A stretch of DNA of 61,090 nt from positions 1 through 61,090 of the forward strand of contig JAACPI010000004.1 in NCBI GenBank assembly GCA_009995545.1, read 5' to 3'. Position 1 is the stretch's first letter. The number at the start of each line of letters is the position of its first letter. This stretch comes from a bacterium (GTDB lineage: Bacteria; Patescibacteriota; WWE3; 2-01-FULL-39-13; JAACPI01). The translations under genes were made by a program, and so were the position numbers. Below, in pieces: positions 19,639-30,459 of this stretch. Below the pieces are notes generated by a model. That model was not told the origin of the DNA, did not search any database, and was given only the letters and a program-made list of their open reading frames with translations.

Positions 19639-20619
19639 ATGATTAAACAAAATAAAGTTTTACAAGAAGACTTAAAAATAGAAGATACCGTTAGGCCTAA
19701 ATTCTTTAAAGATTTTATTGGGCAAAAAGAAACTAATAAAATTAAAATGTTTGTGGATGCTGCAAAAAATCGTAACGAGGTATTAGACCACTTTTTATTT
19801 TATGGTCCACCCGGACTTGGAAAAACTACCCTAGCTAATATTTTGGCTAACGAAATGGGAAAAAATATTCGTATAACAAGTGGACCAACACTTAGCAAAG
19901 TGAGCGATTTATCTTCTTTACTAACAAATATTTCCGAAGGAGATTTTTTATTTATAGATGAAATACATAGGCTAAATCGTAATATCGAGGAATTACTTTA
20001 TTCCGCAATGGAGGACTTCGCTTTGGATATATTTCTAGGTACAGGTCCAAGTGCTAGAACAGTAAGGGTAGACCTACCTAAATTTACTCTTATTGGTGCT
20101 ACTACTAGAATTGGTTTACTCACCAACCCTTTAAGAGATCGTTTTGGAGCAGTTCATAAATTAAAATTTTACTCTGCTGAAGATTTGCAAAAAATTATCA
20201 TTAGAAGCGCTAACTTACTTAATGTTTCTATCGAAGAAGTTGCTGCCCTAGAGCTTGGAAAAAGAAGCCGGGGTACTCCAAGAATTGCTAACCGACTTCT
20301 ACGCCGTGTACGAGATATTAGCGAAATATCGGGCGCAAAAAAAGTAAATTTAAAAAGTGTTTTAGATGCGTGTGAAATACTTGGTGTTGATAGCAAGGGT
20401 TTAGACGCAGAAGACAAAAGATTACTAAAAGTTTTAGCAGAGGACTTTGAACAAAAACCAGTCGGCCTTTCAACTCTATCTGCTTCTTTAAGCGAGGATA
20501 AACAAACCTTAGAAGAAGTAGTAGAGCCGTATTTAATACAGTTAGGGTTACTAAAAAGAACCAGTCAAGGAAGAATAATAACTGCCCGGGGAATAGAGCA
20601 CCTAAGAGAATCTAATTAA
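19639..20619 (+). CDS. ruvB: Holliday junction DNA helicase subunit RuvB
   Basis: GPPGLGKT, FIDEIHR and SRGTPRIANRLLRRVRD. Confidence 0.98.
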   Translation: MIKQNKVLQEDLKIEDTVRPKFFKDFIGQKETNKIKMFVDAAKNRNEVLDHFLFYGPPGLGKTTLANILANEMGKNIRITSGPTLSKVSDLSSLLTNISEGDFLFIDEIHRLNRNIEELLYSAMEDFALDIFLGTGPSARTVRVDLPKFTLIGATTRIGLLTNPLRDRFGAVHKLKFYSAEDLQKIIIRSANLLNVSIEEVAALELGKRSRGTPRIANRLLRRVRDISEISGAKKVNLKSVLDACEILGVDSKGLDAEDKRLLKVLAEDFEQKPVGLSTLSASLSEDKQTLEEVVEPYLIQLGLLKRTSQGRIITARGIEHLRESN

Positions 20620-21910
20620 AGTATTGGTTTATTTTTTTAGGTTCAACGCCCTTAATATTACCCACTACTGCAACCTCAAAATTTTTAAGCTCGATTGCTT
20701 TTAGTTCTGAATTTATTTCATCTAATTTTATAGACATTAAGACATCTATTTTTTCTTTTGTGGTGTGTATTTTTTTCGAGTAAAAATAATCCCAAAGCAT
20801 ACCTCGACCGATACTTGTATGGGTATCGTTAGCAATCAGATTTCGATTTAGATTAAATGTTTTCCAGTGTTCAAGTTGTTTTTCACTAAATCCCTTTAAT
20901 TTAACTTTTTTTATTACTTTACTAATAGAATCTAGTATTTCATAAAATTTTTCTGAAGAACATTCATAGTTTAGTGAGACTAAGGAAAAGTTTTCGTATA
21001 TTAAATTGTCTAATCCGTATGAATATAGATATCCAGTTTTATCCCTAAGTTCTTTAAACAAAACTGAGGATTCTCCTTTTGCTAACATTCTTTGAAATAA
21101 CGCTGATGTAATATCTTCTCGTAAACTTGTTCCGCTTCTTCCCTTTACTTTTGTACTTAAACTTACTATTGGGTTGTTGGAAAGTTTAGAAGACTTTAAA
21201 ACTATTTTACCGGGTTCTCTAAATTCTGAGTTTAAAAAAGTAAGTTTTTTACTATCCTTGTTTAAAGACATTTTTTCAGAATAGTCTTTAATGTATCTTT
21301 CTACTTCTCTTTTTTTAAACTTTCCAGACACCGCTAGTACAATGTTTTTAGGTCCGTACTTGCTGTATGTTTTTAATAGCTCCTTTTTACCTATTAAATT
21401 TAGACTTTCGGCAGTGCCAAGGATATTTCCTGAATTTGCTGTGTTTATTTTTAAGTAATTGTTTTTAACGGTGTGGTAAGCCAAAACCCAGGGGTCGTTT
21501 AGATCTTTGTTTATTTCGTCTAATATTACCCTTCTTTCCGCCTCTACTTCTTTTTCATTAAAAAGTGCGTTTACTAGAGTATCTTCTAAAAATGTAAAAC
21601 CATATTTTAATTCTGTGTAGGGTAGTGTTATGTAATACCTTGTAAAATCGTAAGAAGTTCCTCCGTTGTGAATAGATCCTCGATACTCTATCTCTTTTTG
21701 TTTTACATTATACTTAGCTCTGGAGGATGATTTAAATACACAATGTTCTAAAAAATGAGCCTCTCCCCCTATTAAGTCAAGATTTGCACCTACTCTAATA
21801 TTAGCTGTGAAACTCACTGAATATGATTTTGGATCGGGGATTAAAATGTATTCTAACCCTTCCTTAGTTACTCCCTGTTCGTATTTTGTATCTTTTATTT
21901 CTAATTCCAT
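20612..21910 (-). CDS. M16 (insulinase) family metallopeptidase
   Basis: Inverted zinc motif HFLEH, ERRVILDE and LFKELR...G..Y. Confidence 0.92.
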   Translation of the reverse strand: MELEIKDTKYEQGVTKEGLEYILIPDPKSYSVSFTANIRVGANLDLIGGEAHFLEHCVFKSSSRAKYNVKQKEIEYRGSIHNGGTSYDFTRYYITLPYTELKYGFTFLEDTLVNALFNEKEVEAERRVILDEINKDLNDPWVLAYHTVKNNYLKINTANSGNILGTAESLNLIGKKELLKTYSKYGPKNIVLAVSGKFKKREVERYIKDYSEKMSLNKDSKKLTFLNSEFREPGKIVLKSSKLSNNPIVSLSTKVKGRSGTSLREDITSALFQRMLAKGESSVLFKELRDKTGYLYSYGLDNLIYENFSLVSLNYECSSEKFYEILDSISKVIKKVKLKGFSEKQLEHWKTFNLNRNLIANDTHTSIGRGMLWDYFYSKKIHTTKEKIDVLMSIKLDEINSELKAIELKNFEVAVVGNIKGVEPKKINQYFN

Positions 21911-22036
21911 ATTTTAGCCTCCAAATTATAGCAGTACTAGTTTATATTGTCTCTGTTAACCTAACTATCGTAATTAATTTTCACCTGTCGGTAATGTTTG
22001 CTACACTATACTTATAGTAACTTTAAGTACCTGCAA

Positions 22037-23221
22037 ATGCTTGCCAAAATATACGATTTTTTAACAGTCCTTTTAATTTTAGTTGCTGTTGCAATTTTTG
22101 GTTATGTTTATTTGCATAGAGAGTCTTTTTTCCCAAGCAAAATATCCCAAACTAGTACTACCCAACTTTATTCAAGCCTCGTGCCTGTGCAAGTAAAAGT
22201 TTCGGATAAGTGGCTCAGTTATGCAGATCCCCTAAGAAACAATAAATTAAATGCTCTTGAAGGAAGTAACCTCATTTTATTTGGGGCATCTCTAAATTAC
22301 CCATCTCAAATAGAGGTTGTAGAAGATTATATAGTTGTTTCAGAGCCTACCAGTGGAAATTTAGTTGTTTTAAAAGACACCAATGGTGATAATTCTGCCG
22401 ATGAGAAAAAAGTTTTTGCATCTAGCTTAGATGGTCCTTATGGGATTTCTTATTATAATAAAGATTTATACGTAGCTACCCAAAGTAAGGTTTTAAAATA
22501 TCCAAACTTTATTGCTCAGCTTAATTCTGGGACAAACGACTCAGAGGTTTTGCTGTCTAATCTTCCTTATATAGGGTTAAATAAATACAAATCTATACTC
22601 GCTGGGGTAGACGGCAGAATTCTAATTTCAATTGGCTCCAGTTGCAACGATTGTATTGAGCAGGATAAGAGAAGGGGATCAATTATTTCTTATGGGTTGG
22701 GTGGTGACGATGAAAAAATATATGCCACAGGTCTTAAAAATGTTTTTTCAATGTCTTTAAATCGGGGAGAAATTCTTGCAGTAGAAGATAACCTAGATTT
22801 AATCGATCAGGATGCCTCAGAAGAAATTAATCAGATTTTACCCGGCAAGTCTTATGGGTGGCCTCAAATATACAATGACTCTTCTGCAAACCCTAAATAC
22901 GGAGACTTTTCTGTGGCAGGCTACAAGGAGCCCTTAATATTATTTTCCAAAAATTCTGATACGAGAGGATTAACTCCTGAAGATTCAAAATTGGGAGTTT
23001 TAAACGGGGCGATAATTTGTTTTTCGGGTAGCTCCTCTTTTGACTCAAATTCCAAAAAAGTTAGTTTGGTTGATTTTAGTACAGGGGAGTTAACTGATAT
23101 TGTATCTTTTTGGAACACCAAAACCGACTTTGTAGGCACTCCCTACGACATAAAAAAGTATAAAAATGGGTGGTTAATAACTGATATTGATAACGGATTT
23201 GTCTATTATCTAGATTTTTAA
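22037..23221 (+). CDS. Glucose/sorbosone dehydrogenase-like beta-propeller protein, membrane anchored
   Basis: N-terminal TM, D.NGD..AD, SIGSSCN.C.E, ATGLKN and YGWP. Confidence 0.75.
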   Translation: MLAKIYDFLTVLLILVAVAIFGYVYLHRESFFPSKISQTSTTQLYSSLVPVQVKVSDKWLSYADPLRNNKLNALEGSNLILFGASLNYPSQIEVVEDYIVVSEPTSGNLVVLKDTNGDNSADEKKVFASSLDGPYGISYYNKDLYVATQSKVLKYPNFIAQLNSGTNDSEVLLSNLPYIGLNKYKSILAGVDGRILISIGSSCNDCIEQDKRRGSIISYGLGGDDEKIYATGLKNVFSMSLNRGEILAVEDNLDLIDQDASEEINQILPGKSYGWPQIYNDSSANPKYGDFSVAGYKEPLILFSKNSDTRGLTPEDSKLGVLNGAIICFSGSSSFDSNSKKVSLVDFSTGELTDIVSFWNTKTDFVGTPYDIKKYKNGWLITDIDNGFVYYLDF

Positions 23222-23222
23222 G

Positions 23223-23519
23223 CTATTTAGTAGCTTCGTTTAGTAACTTTTTTATTTCAATAAGCTGCTTCTCGACGTTTGCCAGCATGGAGGCTACAGA
23301 ATAATCGATATTTTCAGTTTCTGTATTGGTAAAGTACCCAACTGGTCTGTGAGTAATTTTTGCTAGTTTTTGTAAGGTATTTAGTCTTGGCACGGCCCTT
23401 CCAGATTCGTAGCTAGATATAGCTTTATCAGAAACACCTAAAGCTTCTCCCAACTCTCTTTGAGACATTTTGCTTTCTTTCCGAGCTCTTTTTATTTTTA
23501 AGGCCAGTGGTTTATTCAC
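23223..23519 (-). CDS. XRE-family transcriptional regulator
   Basis: MSQRELGEALGVSDKAISSYESG; GTG start at 23519 preferred. Confidence 0.9.
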   Translation of the reverse strand: MNKPLALKIKRARKESKMSQRELGEALGVSDKAISSYESGRAVPRLNTLQKLAKITHRPVGYFTNTETENIDYSVASMLANVEKQLIEIKKLLNEATK

Positions 23520-23605
23520 AAAAATAATATAATTTCGTAAGTTGGTAAAAGTGCTGATGTATAGTAATAATATTACTAGCACCTTTCACTATAAGTTTGT
23601 GTTCT

Positions 23606-23717
23606 AAATATATTTGATATCTACAAACTAATCTTAGTACCTATGTATTCTAGAAGATGTTTTTTAAAAGACAAGTGGTTCTTGAAATATATTTGATATC
23701 GATTAGTATCAATATAT
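23606..23717 (+). promoter_or_regulatory. Putative ArsR operators overlapping the suf promoter
   Basis: Exact 16-bp direct repeat AAATATATTTGATATC at 23606 and 23685; imperfect inverted repeat 23687-23717; TTGAAA-16-TAGTAT. Confidence 0.55.
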
Positions 23718-23976
23718 GAAAACTAAATGTTCCAGTTGTATCTTAACACTGGGAGAAAAAAATCGAATACGTATTTACGAACTTCTAAGTATTGAAGGCG
23801 AATTAAATACTTCTCAGTTGAAGGAGGCATTAAATATTAATCAGCCAACTGTTTCTCATCATTTGGGAATTTTACAGCAACAGGGCCTAGTGTCTTGCAC
23901 TAAAAAAGGAAAATTTAAATTCTACCAATTAATGATTAATTGTCCGTATTATCAATGTCAATGTATTTTAAAATAA
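23716..23976 (+). CDS. ArsR/SmtB-family regulator, Cys-rich
   Basis: R..I..LL, QPTVSHHL.IL...GLV; CSSC and CPYYQCQC. Confidence 0.9.
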   Translation: MKTKCSSCILTLGEKNRIRIYELLSIEGELNTSQLKEALNINQPTVSHHLGILQQQGLVSCTKKGKFKFYQLMINCPYYQCQCILK

Positions 23977-23980
23977 TAAA

Positions 23981-24718
23981 ATGTTATCTATAAAAAACTT
24001 AAAAGTTAATAGGGAAGGCTTAGAAATATTAAAAGGTATTTCTTTAAATATTAAAAAAGGGGAAACTCACGTTTTAATGGGCCCCAACGGCTCTGGAAAA
24101 AGTACTTTAGCTAATAGCTTAATGGCTAATCCAGACTATGAGGTAACCTCTGGAAGTATTGTTTTAAATCAAAGCGACATTACAAAACTGGATGTTTCAG
24201 AACGTGCCAAAAAAGGCCTATTTTTAGCTTTTCAATATCCCGTCGAGGTTCCAGGAGTGCCCTTAATACAGTTTTTAAAATTGGCCTACACAGAAAAAAC
24301 AGGCACTAGTATTACTCCTGGGGCCTTTTTAAAACTAATTAACGAAGTGGCAAAAGATTTAGACATAAAGCAGAGCCTTTTGGATAGATATCTCAATGAG
24401 GGGTTTAGTGGCGGAGAAAAAAAGAAAATAGAGATACTTCAAATGGCTGTTTTAAATCCTGAATTTGTAATACTTGATGAAACTGATTCCGGTTTGGATG
24501 TTACGGCTCTAAAAACTATTTTTAAGTACGTAAATCAGATTAAAATAAGTAAAAATATGGGTGTCTTAGTAGTAACTCACTACTCCCGTATTTTAGAATT
24601 TTTAAAACCTGACTTTGTTCACATAATGAAAGAGGGAAAATTGGTCAAAAGTGGCGGTATAGAATTGGCCGAAGAAATTGAAAAAGATGGTTATAAAACT
24701 TTAGTGGATGTTAATTAG
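23981..24718 (+). CDS. sufC: Fe-S assembly ATPase SufC
   Basis: GPNGSGKST, FLAFQYPVE, NEGFSGGEKK and LDETDSGLD. Confidence 0.97.
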   Translation: MLSIKNLKVNREGLEILKGISLNIKKGETHVLMGPNGSGKSTLANSLMANPDYEVTSGSIVLNQSDITKLDVSERAKKGLFLAFQYPVEVPGVPLIQFLKLAYTEKTGTSITPGAFLKLINEVAKDLDIKQSLLDRYLNEGFSGGEKKKIEILQMAVLNPEFVILDETDSGLDVTALKTIFKYVNQIKISKNMGVLVVTHYSRILEFLKPDFVHIMKEGKLVKSGGIELAEEIEKDGYKTLVDVN

Positions 24719-24740
24719 GTATTAATAAATAACGTTATCA

Positions 24741-26150
24741 ATGAAAAATAAAGTCCCTCTAAAACAAAATACTAAAAGTGGTTATCAATATGGTTTCTCG
24801 GACCCAGAAAAATACGAAGTGAAGTTCGAAAAGGGACTTAATGAGGGGGTTGTAAAGAGAATATCCAAATTAAAAGGTGAACCAGATTGGATGTTAAAAA
24901 TAAGACTAGAGGCCTATAAAGTATTCTTAGGAAAAAAAATGCCTAATTGGGGTGGGGATTTATCTAAGATTGATTTTAATAATATTCATTACTATTTAAA
25001 GCCAACACCAAAAGAGCAAAAAAGTTGGGAAGATGTTCCCGATGATATAAAGAATACTTTTAATCGTTTAGGTATACCGGAGGCTGAAAAAGAATATTTA
25101 GCGGGTGTTAAAACTCAGTACGACTCTGAAATAGTTTACGGTAGTGTTAAAAAAGAATTAGAAGATAAGGGCGTGTTGTTTATGGGGACTGACGAGGGTT
25201 TAAAAAAATATCCTGAGATCTTTAGACAGTACTTTGGTTCAGTAATACCTGCAGCCGACAATAAATTTTCGGCTTTAAATACTGCGGTGTGGAGTGGTGG
25301 AAGCTTTGTTTATGTTCCTAAAGGAGTAAAGGTAGACTTACCTTTACAGGCCTACTTTAGAATTAACGCAAAAAATATTGGGCAATTCGAAAGAACCCTA
25401 ATAATTGCTGATGAAGGTAGTTTTGTAAATTATGTAGAGGGCTGTACGGCACCAATCTATACGTCTGACTCTTTACACTCTGCGGTTGTAGAAATAATAG
25501 TAAAAAAAGATGCTAGGGTGCGCTATACCACTATTCAAAACTGGTCTAATAACGTCTACAACCTAGTTACAAAAAGAGCATTTGCTTACGAAAATTCCGT
25601 TATGGAGTGGGTTGATGGAAATATAGGGAGTAAGTTAACAATGAAATATCCTAGTGTCTATTTACTTGGAGAAGGTGCAAGAGGTGAAGTTTTAAGCTTA
25701 GCCTACGCCAATAGTAGTCAGCATCAGGATACAGGTACAAAAATGATCCATTTAGCTCCCAATACCTCTAGCAACGTAATTTCTAAATCTATTTCTCAGG
25801 GAACCGGAAGATCCAGTTATAGAGGTATAGTTCATATCGCTAAAAATGCTAAAAATAGCAAGAGTAATGTTGAGTGTGATGCTTTATTAATTAATAAAAA
25901 TAGCAGAACGGATACTTATCCTTTTATAAAGGTTAATAATAGTTCCTCTAGGGTCGGCCACGAGGCAAGCGTTTCTAAAGTTAACGAGGAACAGCTTTTT
26001 TACCTAATGAGTAGGGGGTTAAATGAGGAACAAGCAAAAGCACTAATTGTTAGCGGTTTTATTGAGCCAATAGTTAAGTTGCTACCTATGGAATACGCTG
26101 TAGAACTTAACAGGCTAATAGAGCTCGAAATGGAAGGTAGTGTAGGGTAG
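24741..26150 (+). CDS. sufB: Fe-S assembly protein SufB
   Basis: [17 protein letters not shown] and C-terminal LEMEGSVG. Confidence 0.98.
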   Translation: MKNKVPLKQNTKSGYQYGFSDPEKYEVKFEKGLNEGVVKRISKLKGEPDWMLKIRLEAYKVFLGKKMPNWGGDLSKIDFNNIHYYLKPTPKEQKSWEDVPDDIKNTFNRLGIPEAEKEYLAGVKTQYDSEIVYGSVKKELEDKGVLFMGTDEGLKKYPEIFRQYFGSVIPAADNKFSALNTAVWSGGSFVYVPKGVKVDLPLQAYFRINAKNIGQFERTLIIADEGSFVNYVEGCTAPIYTSDSLHSAVVEIIVKKDARVRYTTIQNWSNNVYNLVTKRAFAYENSVMEWVDGNIGSKLTMKYPSVYLLGEGARGEVLSLAYANSSQHQDTGTKMIHLAPNTSSNVISKSISQGTGRSSYRGIVHIAKNAKNSKSNVECDALLINKNSRTDTYPFIKVNNSSSRVGHEASVSKVNEEQLFYLMSRGLNEEQAKALIVSGFIEPIVKLLPMEYAVELNRLIELEMEGSVG

Positions 26151-26192
26151 TAAAGAATTGAAAATACATAATTTACAATCATTAATTCAGAA

Positions 26193-26732
26193 GTGAAAAC
26201 AGAAATAATTAAAACAACTTTAAATAAAATTCCTAGCAAAATCTTTCTAAAAAAAGACGTTAAGAAAGTATACTTTTTTGAGCATACAGGTGGGTTAAAA
26301 ACCAAAACTATTGAAATTATAGCTAAAGAAAGGGGGGGAGAAGTAGAGTTAAAAGGAAGTGTATCCTTAAAAAATACAGATGACTTTAATTTAAAAACTC
26401 TCACAACACATTTTGTGGGAAATAATAAGGTAAGAATTCACATTAAAGCTGTTTTAGATGACCAAGCAAAGTTAAATTATGAAGGACTAATTAATATTGA
26501 AAAAGGCGCCGACTTTTCCGACTCGTTTTTGCAACAAGACAACTTACTCCTCAATGACGGCGTAGTTTGCAATTCTAGCCCCCAGTTACAAATTAAAGCT
26601 AACGAGGTTAAGGCAAGCCATGGCGTAACCATGGGGAGTTTTGACCAAAATCAACTTTTTTATTTAAAAAGTAGGGCCCTTAGTGAAAAAATGGCTAAGA
26701 AACTTTTGGTACAAGGGTTTCTACTTTTCTAA
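26193..26732 (+). CDS. sufD: Short SufD-like protein
   Basis: P.LQI....VKASHG.T.G...QLFYL.SR; follows sufB. Confidence 0.85.
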   Translation: MKTEIIKTTLNKIPSKIFLKKDVKKVYFFEHTGGLKTKTIEIIAKERGGEVELKGSVSLKNTDDFNLKTLTTHFVGNNKVRIHIKAVLDDQAKLNYEGLINIEKGADFSDSFLQQDNLLLNDGVVCNSSPQLQIKANEVKASHGVTMGSFDQNQLFYLKSRALSEKMAKKLLVQGFLLF

Positions 26733-27533
26733 ATTCTCACCATCTTCTGTAAAATCTAAATCTATAGTTGGTTCCATCCAACTTAAGTCCCTAATATCCA
26801 ATCTACTTACTCCTCGTAATTCTGGTAACAATATACTAGCGTCGATATCTTGATGTCCTCTAAGGGAGGAGCTGATAAATGTGGTGATGTCTATTCCAGA
26901 TATCTCTGTAGTTTCAAGCCAATCCTTGGCGGTTTCTATTGGTTGTTTACCTGAAACGGGACTCATGTGTGGAGGGGTTATGTGTATCAAAGATCTTCCT
27001 ATTATAACCATACCACCCATTGGGAAAACTTTAAGTTTACAAATTTTAAACTGAGAGTTGGAAATACTACCTTCAGCGGAAAACGGATTAATTTCATTTT
27101 TATATTCTGCCAATACAAAATTATGCCCGATTCCTTGCATAATTCCCCCCGTTGTTAATGTATTGCCTCTAGCTCCAATTTTTAGTTCTAGATAACTCGT
27201 GGTTAATCTTGAGTTTTCTTCGTAAGAAAATTCAAATGAAGGGGTGGGGCCGGTTAGATAGCTGATTGCCTCTAAGCTTATGTCTTTTGGTGCGGAGTAA
27301 AAATACCTTTTTAAAATTATACTTTCTTCGAACAGTAGTGCTGATGCTTCTAATCTAGCCCCTTCTAGCTCTTCGTTTTTGTAGTAGGAAGTACTCTCTG
27401 GACCTAAATTGGTTACTGGTAATTGCACAGCTGCTTCCCTTACTGAGTCAACAAGATCCTTGGTATAATTGGTAAAATTTGCTAGTCCCTCTGCTCCATA
27501 GGGTTCTTCTCTGCGTAAATTGGTGTATTTCAT
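26721..27533 (-). CDS. Hypothetical protein
   Basis: 270-aa ORF with no recognised motif, antisense within the suf cluster. Confidence 0.6.
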   Translation of the reverse strand: MKYTNLRREEPYGAEGLANFTNYTKDLVDSVREAAVQLPVTNLGPESTSYYKNEELEGARLEASALLFEESIILKRYFYSAPKDISLEAISYLTGPTPSFEFSYEENSRLTTSYLELKIGARGNTLTTGGIMQGIGHNFVLAEYKNEINPFSAEGSISNSQFKICKLKVFPMGGMVIIGRSLIHITPPHMSPVSGKQPIETAKDWLETTEISGIDITTFISSSLRGHQDIDASILLPELRGVSRLDIRDLSWMEPTIDLDFTEDGENLEK

Positions 27534-27588
27534 AACCTATAGCATAAATTATGTGGTATAATTATCTTGACTTAAGTTCGACAAATTT

Positions 27589-28569
27589 ATGCACATAAAT
27601 TTTAGTTACAGCCCTTTAAAAGAGTATCAGGGATTAATTTATAATCTTTACAACGCTGAATCTGGTTTTTATAAAAATGAAGGGATGTTTTTGTGTAGTC
27701 AGCCAAATATTTCTTCAAGTAGTGTAGTTATTCCAAACATTAACGAAATTAGTAAAAAAAGTTTTTGGGCAGAATATAAAAAAGTAAAAAAAGATATACC
27801 AAAAAAATACCCAAGTTTTAAGGGTAACGAGTTTTCTAATTTATTTGAAGAAGTTTTAAAGTTAAAGGTACTGGATACTACCCCTATAAAAAGAGAATGG
27901 GGGAGTGTTGAAATTGAATTTATTAATATTATAAATACTTTGTTTGAAAATGATTTAGATGAGGTTAATGTTTATCTAACACTTTTTGGTACAGTGGCTT
28001 CCTATTACATCAAAGGCAGTGGCTTAAGCATTTATTTAAGAAAAGATGCGGATATTTCGCAAATTGCATTCTGTATTTTAAGTTATTACATTCATAAATA
28101 CCCAGGTAAATTAACTTGGTCAGAGCAACAAAGGGCAGTTGATTTTTTACTATCCAACACAAAATTAAATGGGTTATTTCCTAAATTCTATTCGGTTATA
28201 GAATCTTCTAAAAATCCTGAGTGTGATATCTCATTAATCTTAAGCTCTGAAAAATTATATAAAGAATTAGGAATTAACCTTAAAAGTTCCATAGAATATA
28301 AAAACAATAAGGTTTATATACTGGGAGAGCACGTAACTAATTTAACCAAACAAGAACAATTGGTTTTACACGAAATGTTTATAAACAAAAATCAAGTTAC
28401 AACTTTTGAACAAATATCTAATATTCTTTGGGGAGATGACTTTTCCGCGTTTTCATTACAAGCAATTGCAAAGACAGTAGAAAGGGTTAGATCAAAAATA
28501 CTTAATGCAGGTCTAAATCGGCAAGTAATTTTTACCAGGCGTAAAGAAGGTTATCTTTTATACGACTAG
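27589..28569 (+). CDS. Protein with C-terminal OmpR-type winged-helix domain
   Basis: LTKQE..VL, ILWG, V.RVR.KI and I.TRRKEGYLL. Confidence 0.75.
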   Translation: MHINFSYSPLKEYQGLIYNLYNAESGFYKNEGMFLCSQPNISSSSVVIPNINEISKKSFWAEYKKVKKDIPKKYPSFKGNEFSNLFEEVLKLKVLDTTPIKREWGSVEIEFINIINTLFENDLDEVNVYLTLFGTVASYYIKGSGLSIYLRKDADISQIAFCILSYYIHKYPGKLTWSEQQRAVDFLLSNTKLNGLFPKFYSVIESSKNPECDISLILSSEKLYKELGINLKSSIEYKNNKVYILGEHVTNLTKQEQLVLHEMFINKNQVTTFEQISNILWGDDFSAFSLQAIAKTVERVRSKILNAGLNRQVIFTRRKEGYLLYD

Positions 28570-28592
28570 TACAGTGGTATAATTGATCGACA

Positions 28593-29810
28593 ATGATAAC
28601 AAAAAGCATTAAAAAAGATTTTCCAATACTCTCTCGAAAAGTGGGAAAAAAACAACTAGTTTATTTAGACAATTCAGCTACAACTCAATCCCCAAAAGTT
28701 GTTATTGATTCTTTAACCGACTTCTATACAAACCACAGGGCAAACGTTCATCGCGGTATTCACATGCTTTCAGAAGAAAGCACCGTTATGTACGAGCAGT
28801 CAAGAAAAACTATCGCCCATTTTTTTGGTGTAACTCCTAGTGAAATGGTTTTCGTGAGAAACACCACAGAAGCTAGTAATTTAGTGGCATTTACTTTTTT
28901 GCAGACTTTAAAAAAAGGTTCAACAGTAATGATTTCCGAATTTGAACACCACAGCAACCTTATTCCCTGGCAAATAGCCTGTAAACAATTAAAATTAAAT
29001 TTTAAGACCGCACCGGTTAATAGCGAGGGTGAGTTGGATTTGAATTTTATTAAAAATTCCGATTTTTCATTTATTGCTATTAATCATATTTCTAACTTTT
29101 TGGGAAACATAAACCCTGTCCATAAGATAATTGAAATTGCCAAAGAAAAAAAAGCTTATGTGTACATCGATGGGGCTCAAGCAGTGGCTAGAGTTCCTCT
29201 AAATTTTAAAAAACTTGATTGTGATTTTTATTCTTTCTCGGGGCACAAGATATACGGCCCTTTTGGCATAGGTGGTTTGTATGTAAAAAAACAAATTTTA
29301 GAAAGTATGCCTCCATTTATGACTGGTGGTGGAATGATAGTTGATGTAGGTATTAAAAAATCGTCTTTTCTTAAAGATTCAGAGGGGTACGATGCTGGAA
29401 CCCCTAACGTTGGTGGGTCCATAGCTTTGGCTAGTGCACTTGATTACGTAACCCAGGTTGGCATAAAAGAAATAGCCAAACATGAACATGCTGTTTTAAC
29501 CTATATGTACGAATCTCTTTTAAAGGTTTCTGGTGTTGAAATATATGGAACAAAAAAAGTTAGTAATCGGGCCGGATTAGTTTCTTTTAATCTTAAAGGG
29601 GTTCATTCTCACGATTTGGCTAGTATTTTAGATGGTGAAGGCATAGCGATTAGAAGCGGTACCCACTGTGTTATCCCAATGCATAAAAAATTAAATATTT
29701 CTTCTAGTGCTAGGGCTAGCTTGGCTTTATACAATTTTAAAGAAGATGTAGATGTACTAATAGAGGGTGTTAAAAAATCTAAAAAAATACTTGGAGGCTA
29801 TAATGTCTGA
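28593..29810 (+). CDS. sufS: Cysteine desulfurase SufS
   Basis: YLDNSAT, FSGHK and RSGTHC. Confidence 0.96.
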   Translation: MITKSIKKDFPILSRKVGKKQLVYLDNSATTQSPKVVIDSLTDFYTNHRANVHRGIHMLSEESTVMYEQSRKTIAHFFGVTPSEMVFVRNTTEASNLVAFTFLQTLKKGSTVMISEFEHHSNLIPWQIACKQLKLNFKTAPVNSEGELDLNFIKNSDFSFIAINHISNFLGNINPVHKIIEIAKEKKAYVYIDGAQAVARVPLNFKKLDCDFYSFSGHKIYGPFGIGGLYVKKQILESMPPFMTGGGMIVDVGIKKSSFLKDSEGYDAGTPNVGGSIALASALDYVTQVGIKEIAKHEHAVLTYMYESLLKVSGVEIYGTKKVSNRAGLVSFNLKGVHSHDLASILDGEGIAIRSGTHCVIPMHKKLNISSSARASLALYNFKEDVDVLIEGVKKSKKILGGYNV

Positions 29811-30198
29811 TCTTTACGCTAGAGAAAATATGCTAGACCACATAAAAAACCCTAGAAATAGAGGTAAAATGGTAAACGCGGATATTAAAACTAAAGTAGT
29901 AAACAGACATTGTGGAGACATATTAAGTCTATACGCGAATATTGAGGCAGGCAAAATAAAAAAAATTACCTTTGATGGTGACGGTTGCGCTGTAGCTATG
30001 TCTAGCGCCTCAATGATTTTAGAAGATATTCAGGGAATAGACTTAAAAAATCTTTCCAAGGTAACGAAAAAGCAGGTTTTAAAAAACTTTGGTCAAGACT
30101 TGACTCCTAGCAGGCAGAACTGTGCACTTTTAGTTTTAGAAGGCCTTCAACAACTCAATAAAAAGTTAAATAAAAATGCAAAAAAAGACGAAGAATAA
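29803..30198 (+). CDS. sufU: SufU/NifU-family Fe-S scaffold or sulfur-transfer protein
   Basis: DH.KNPRN, CGD, GCA and R..CA; GGAGG before ATG 29803. Confidence 0.92.
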   Translation: MSDLYARENMLDHIKNPRNRGKMVNADIKTKVVNRHCGDILSLYANIEAGKIKKITFDGDGCAVAMSSASMILEDIQGIDLKNLSKVTKKQVLKNFGQDLTPSRQNCALLVLEGLQQLNKKLNKNAKKDEE

Positions 30199-30445
30199 AT
30201 TTAAATACGTTAACCCCGAGGACAATATTGCTGAGGTGATTAGTTTGTATCCGGAAACCGCTGAGGTTTTTTTAGCTTATGGTCTTCACTGTGTCGGGTG
30301 TTTTGCCAGTTCCTTTGATAGTATAACTGCAGGTGCACAGATTCACGGTATGGGTCTAAATGAGATTGAAGATATGGTTAAGGAGGTTAATTATATTGTC
30401 GAAGAGAATAAAAAGCTTATTAAAGAGAGAGTACAGAAAAGTTAA
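30176..30445 (+). CDS. DUF1858 / redox disulfide-domain protein
   Basis: YPETAEVF..YGLHCVGC......I..GA..HG. Confidence 0.85.
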   Translation: MQKKTKNKFKYVNPEDNIAEVISLYPETAEVFLAYGLHCVGCFASSFDSITAGAQIHGMGLNEIEDMVKEVNYIVEENKKLIKERVQKS

Positions 30446-30459
30446 ATAACCAAAAATCT

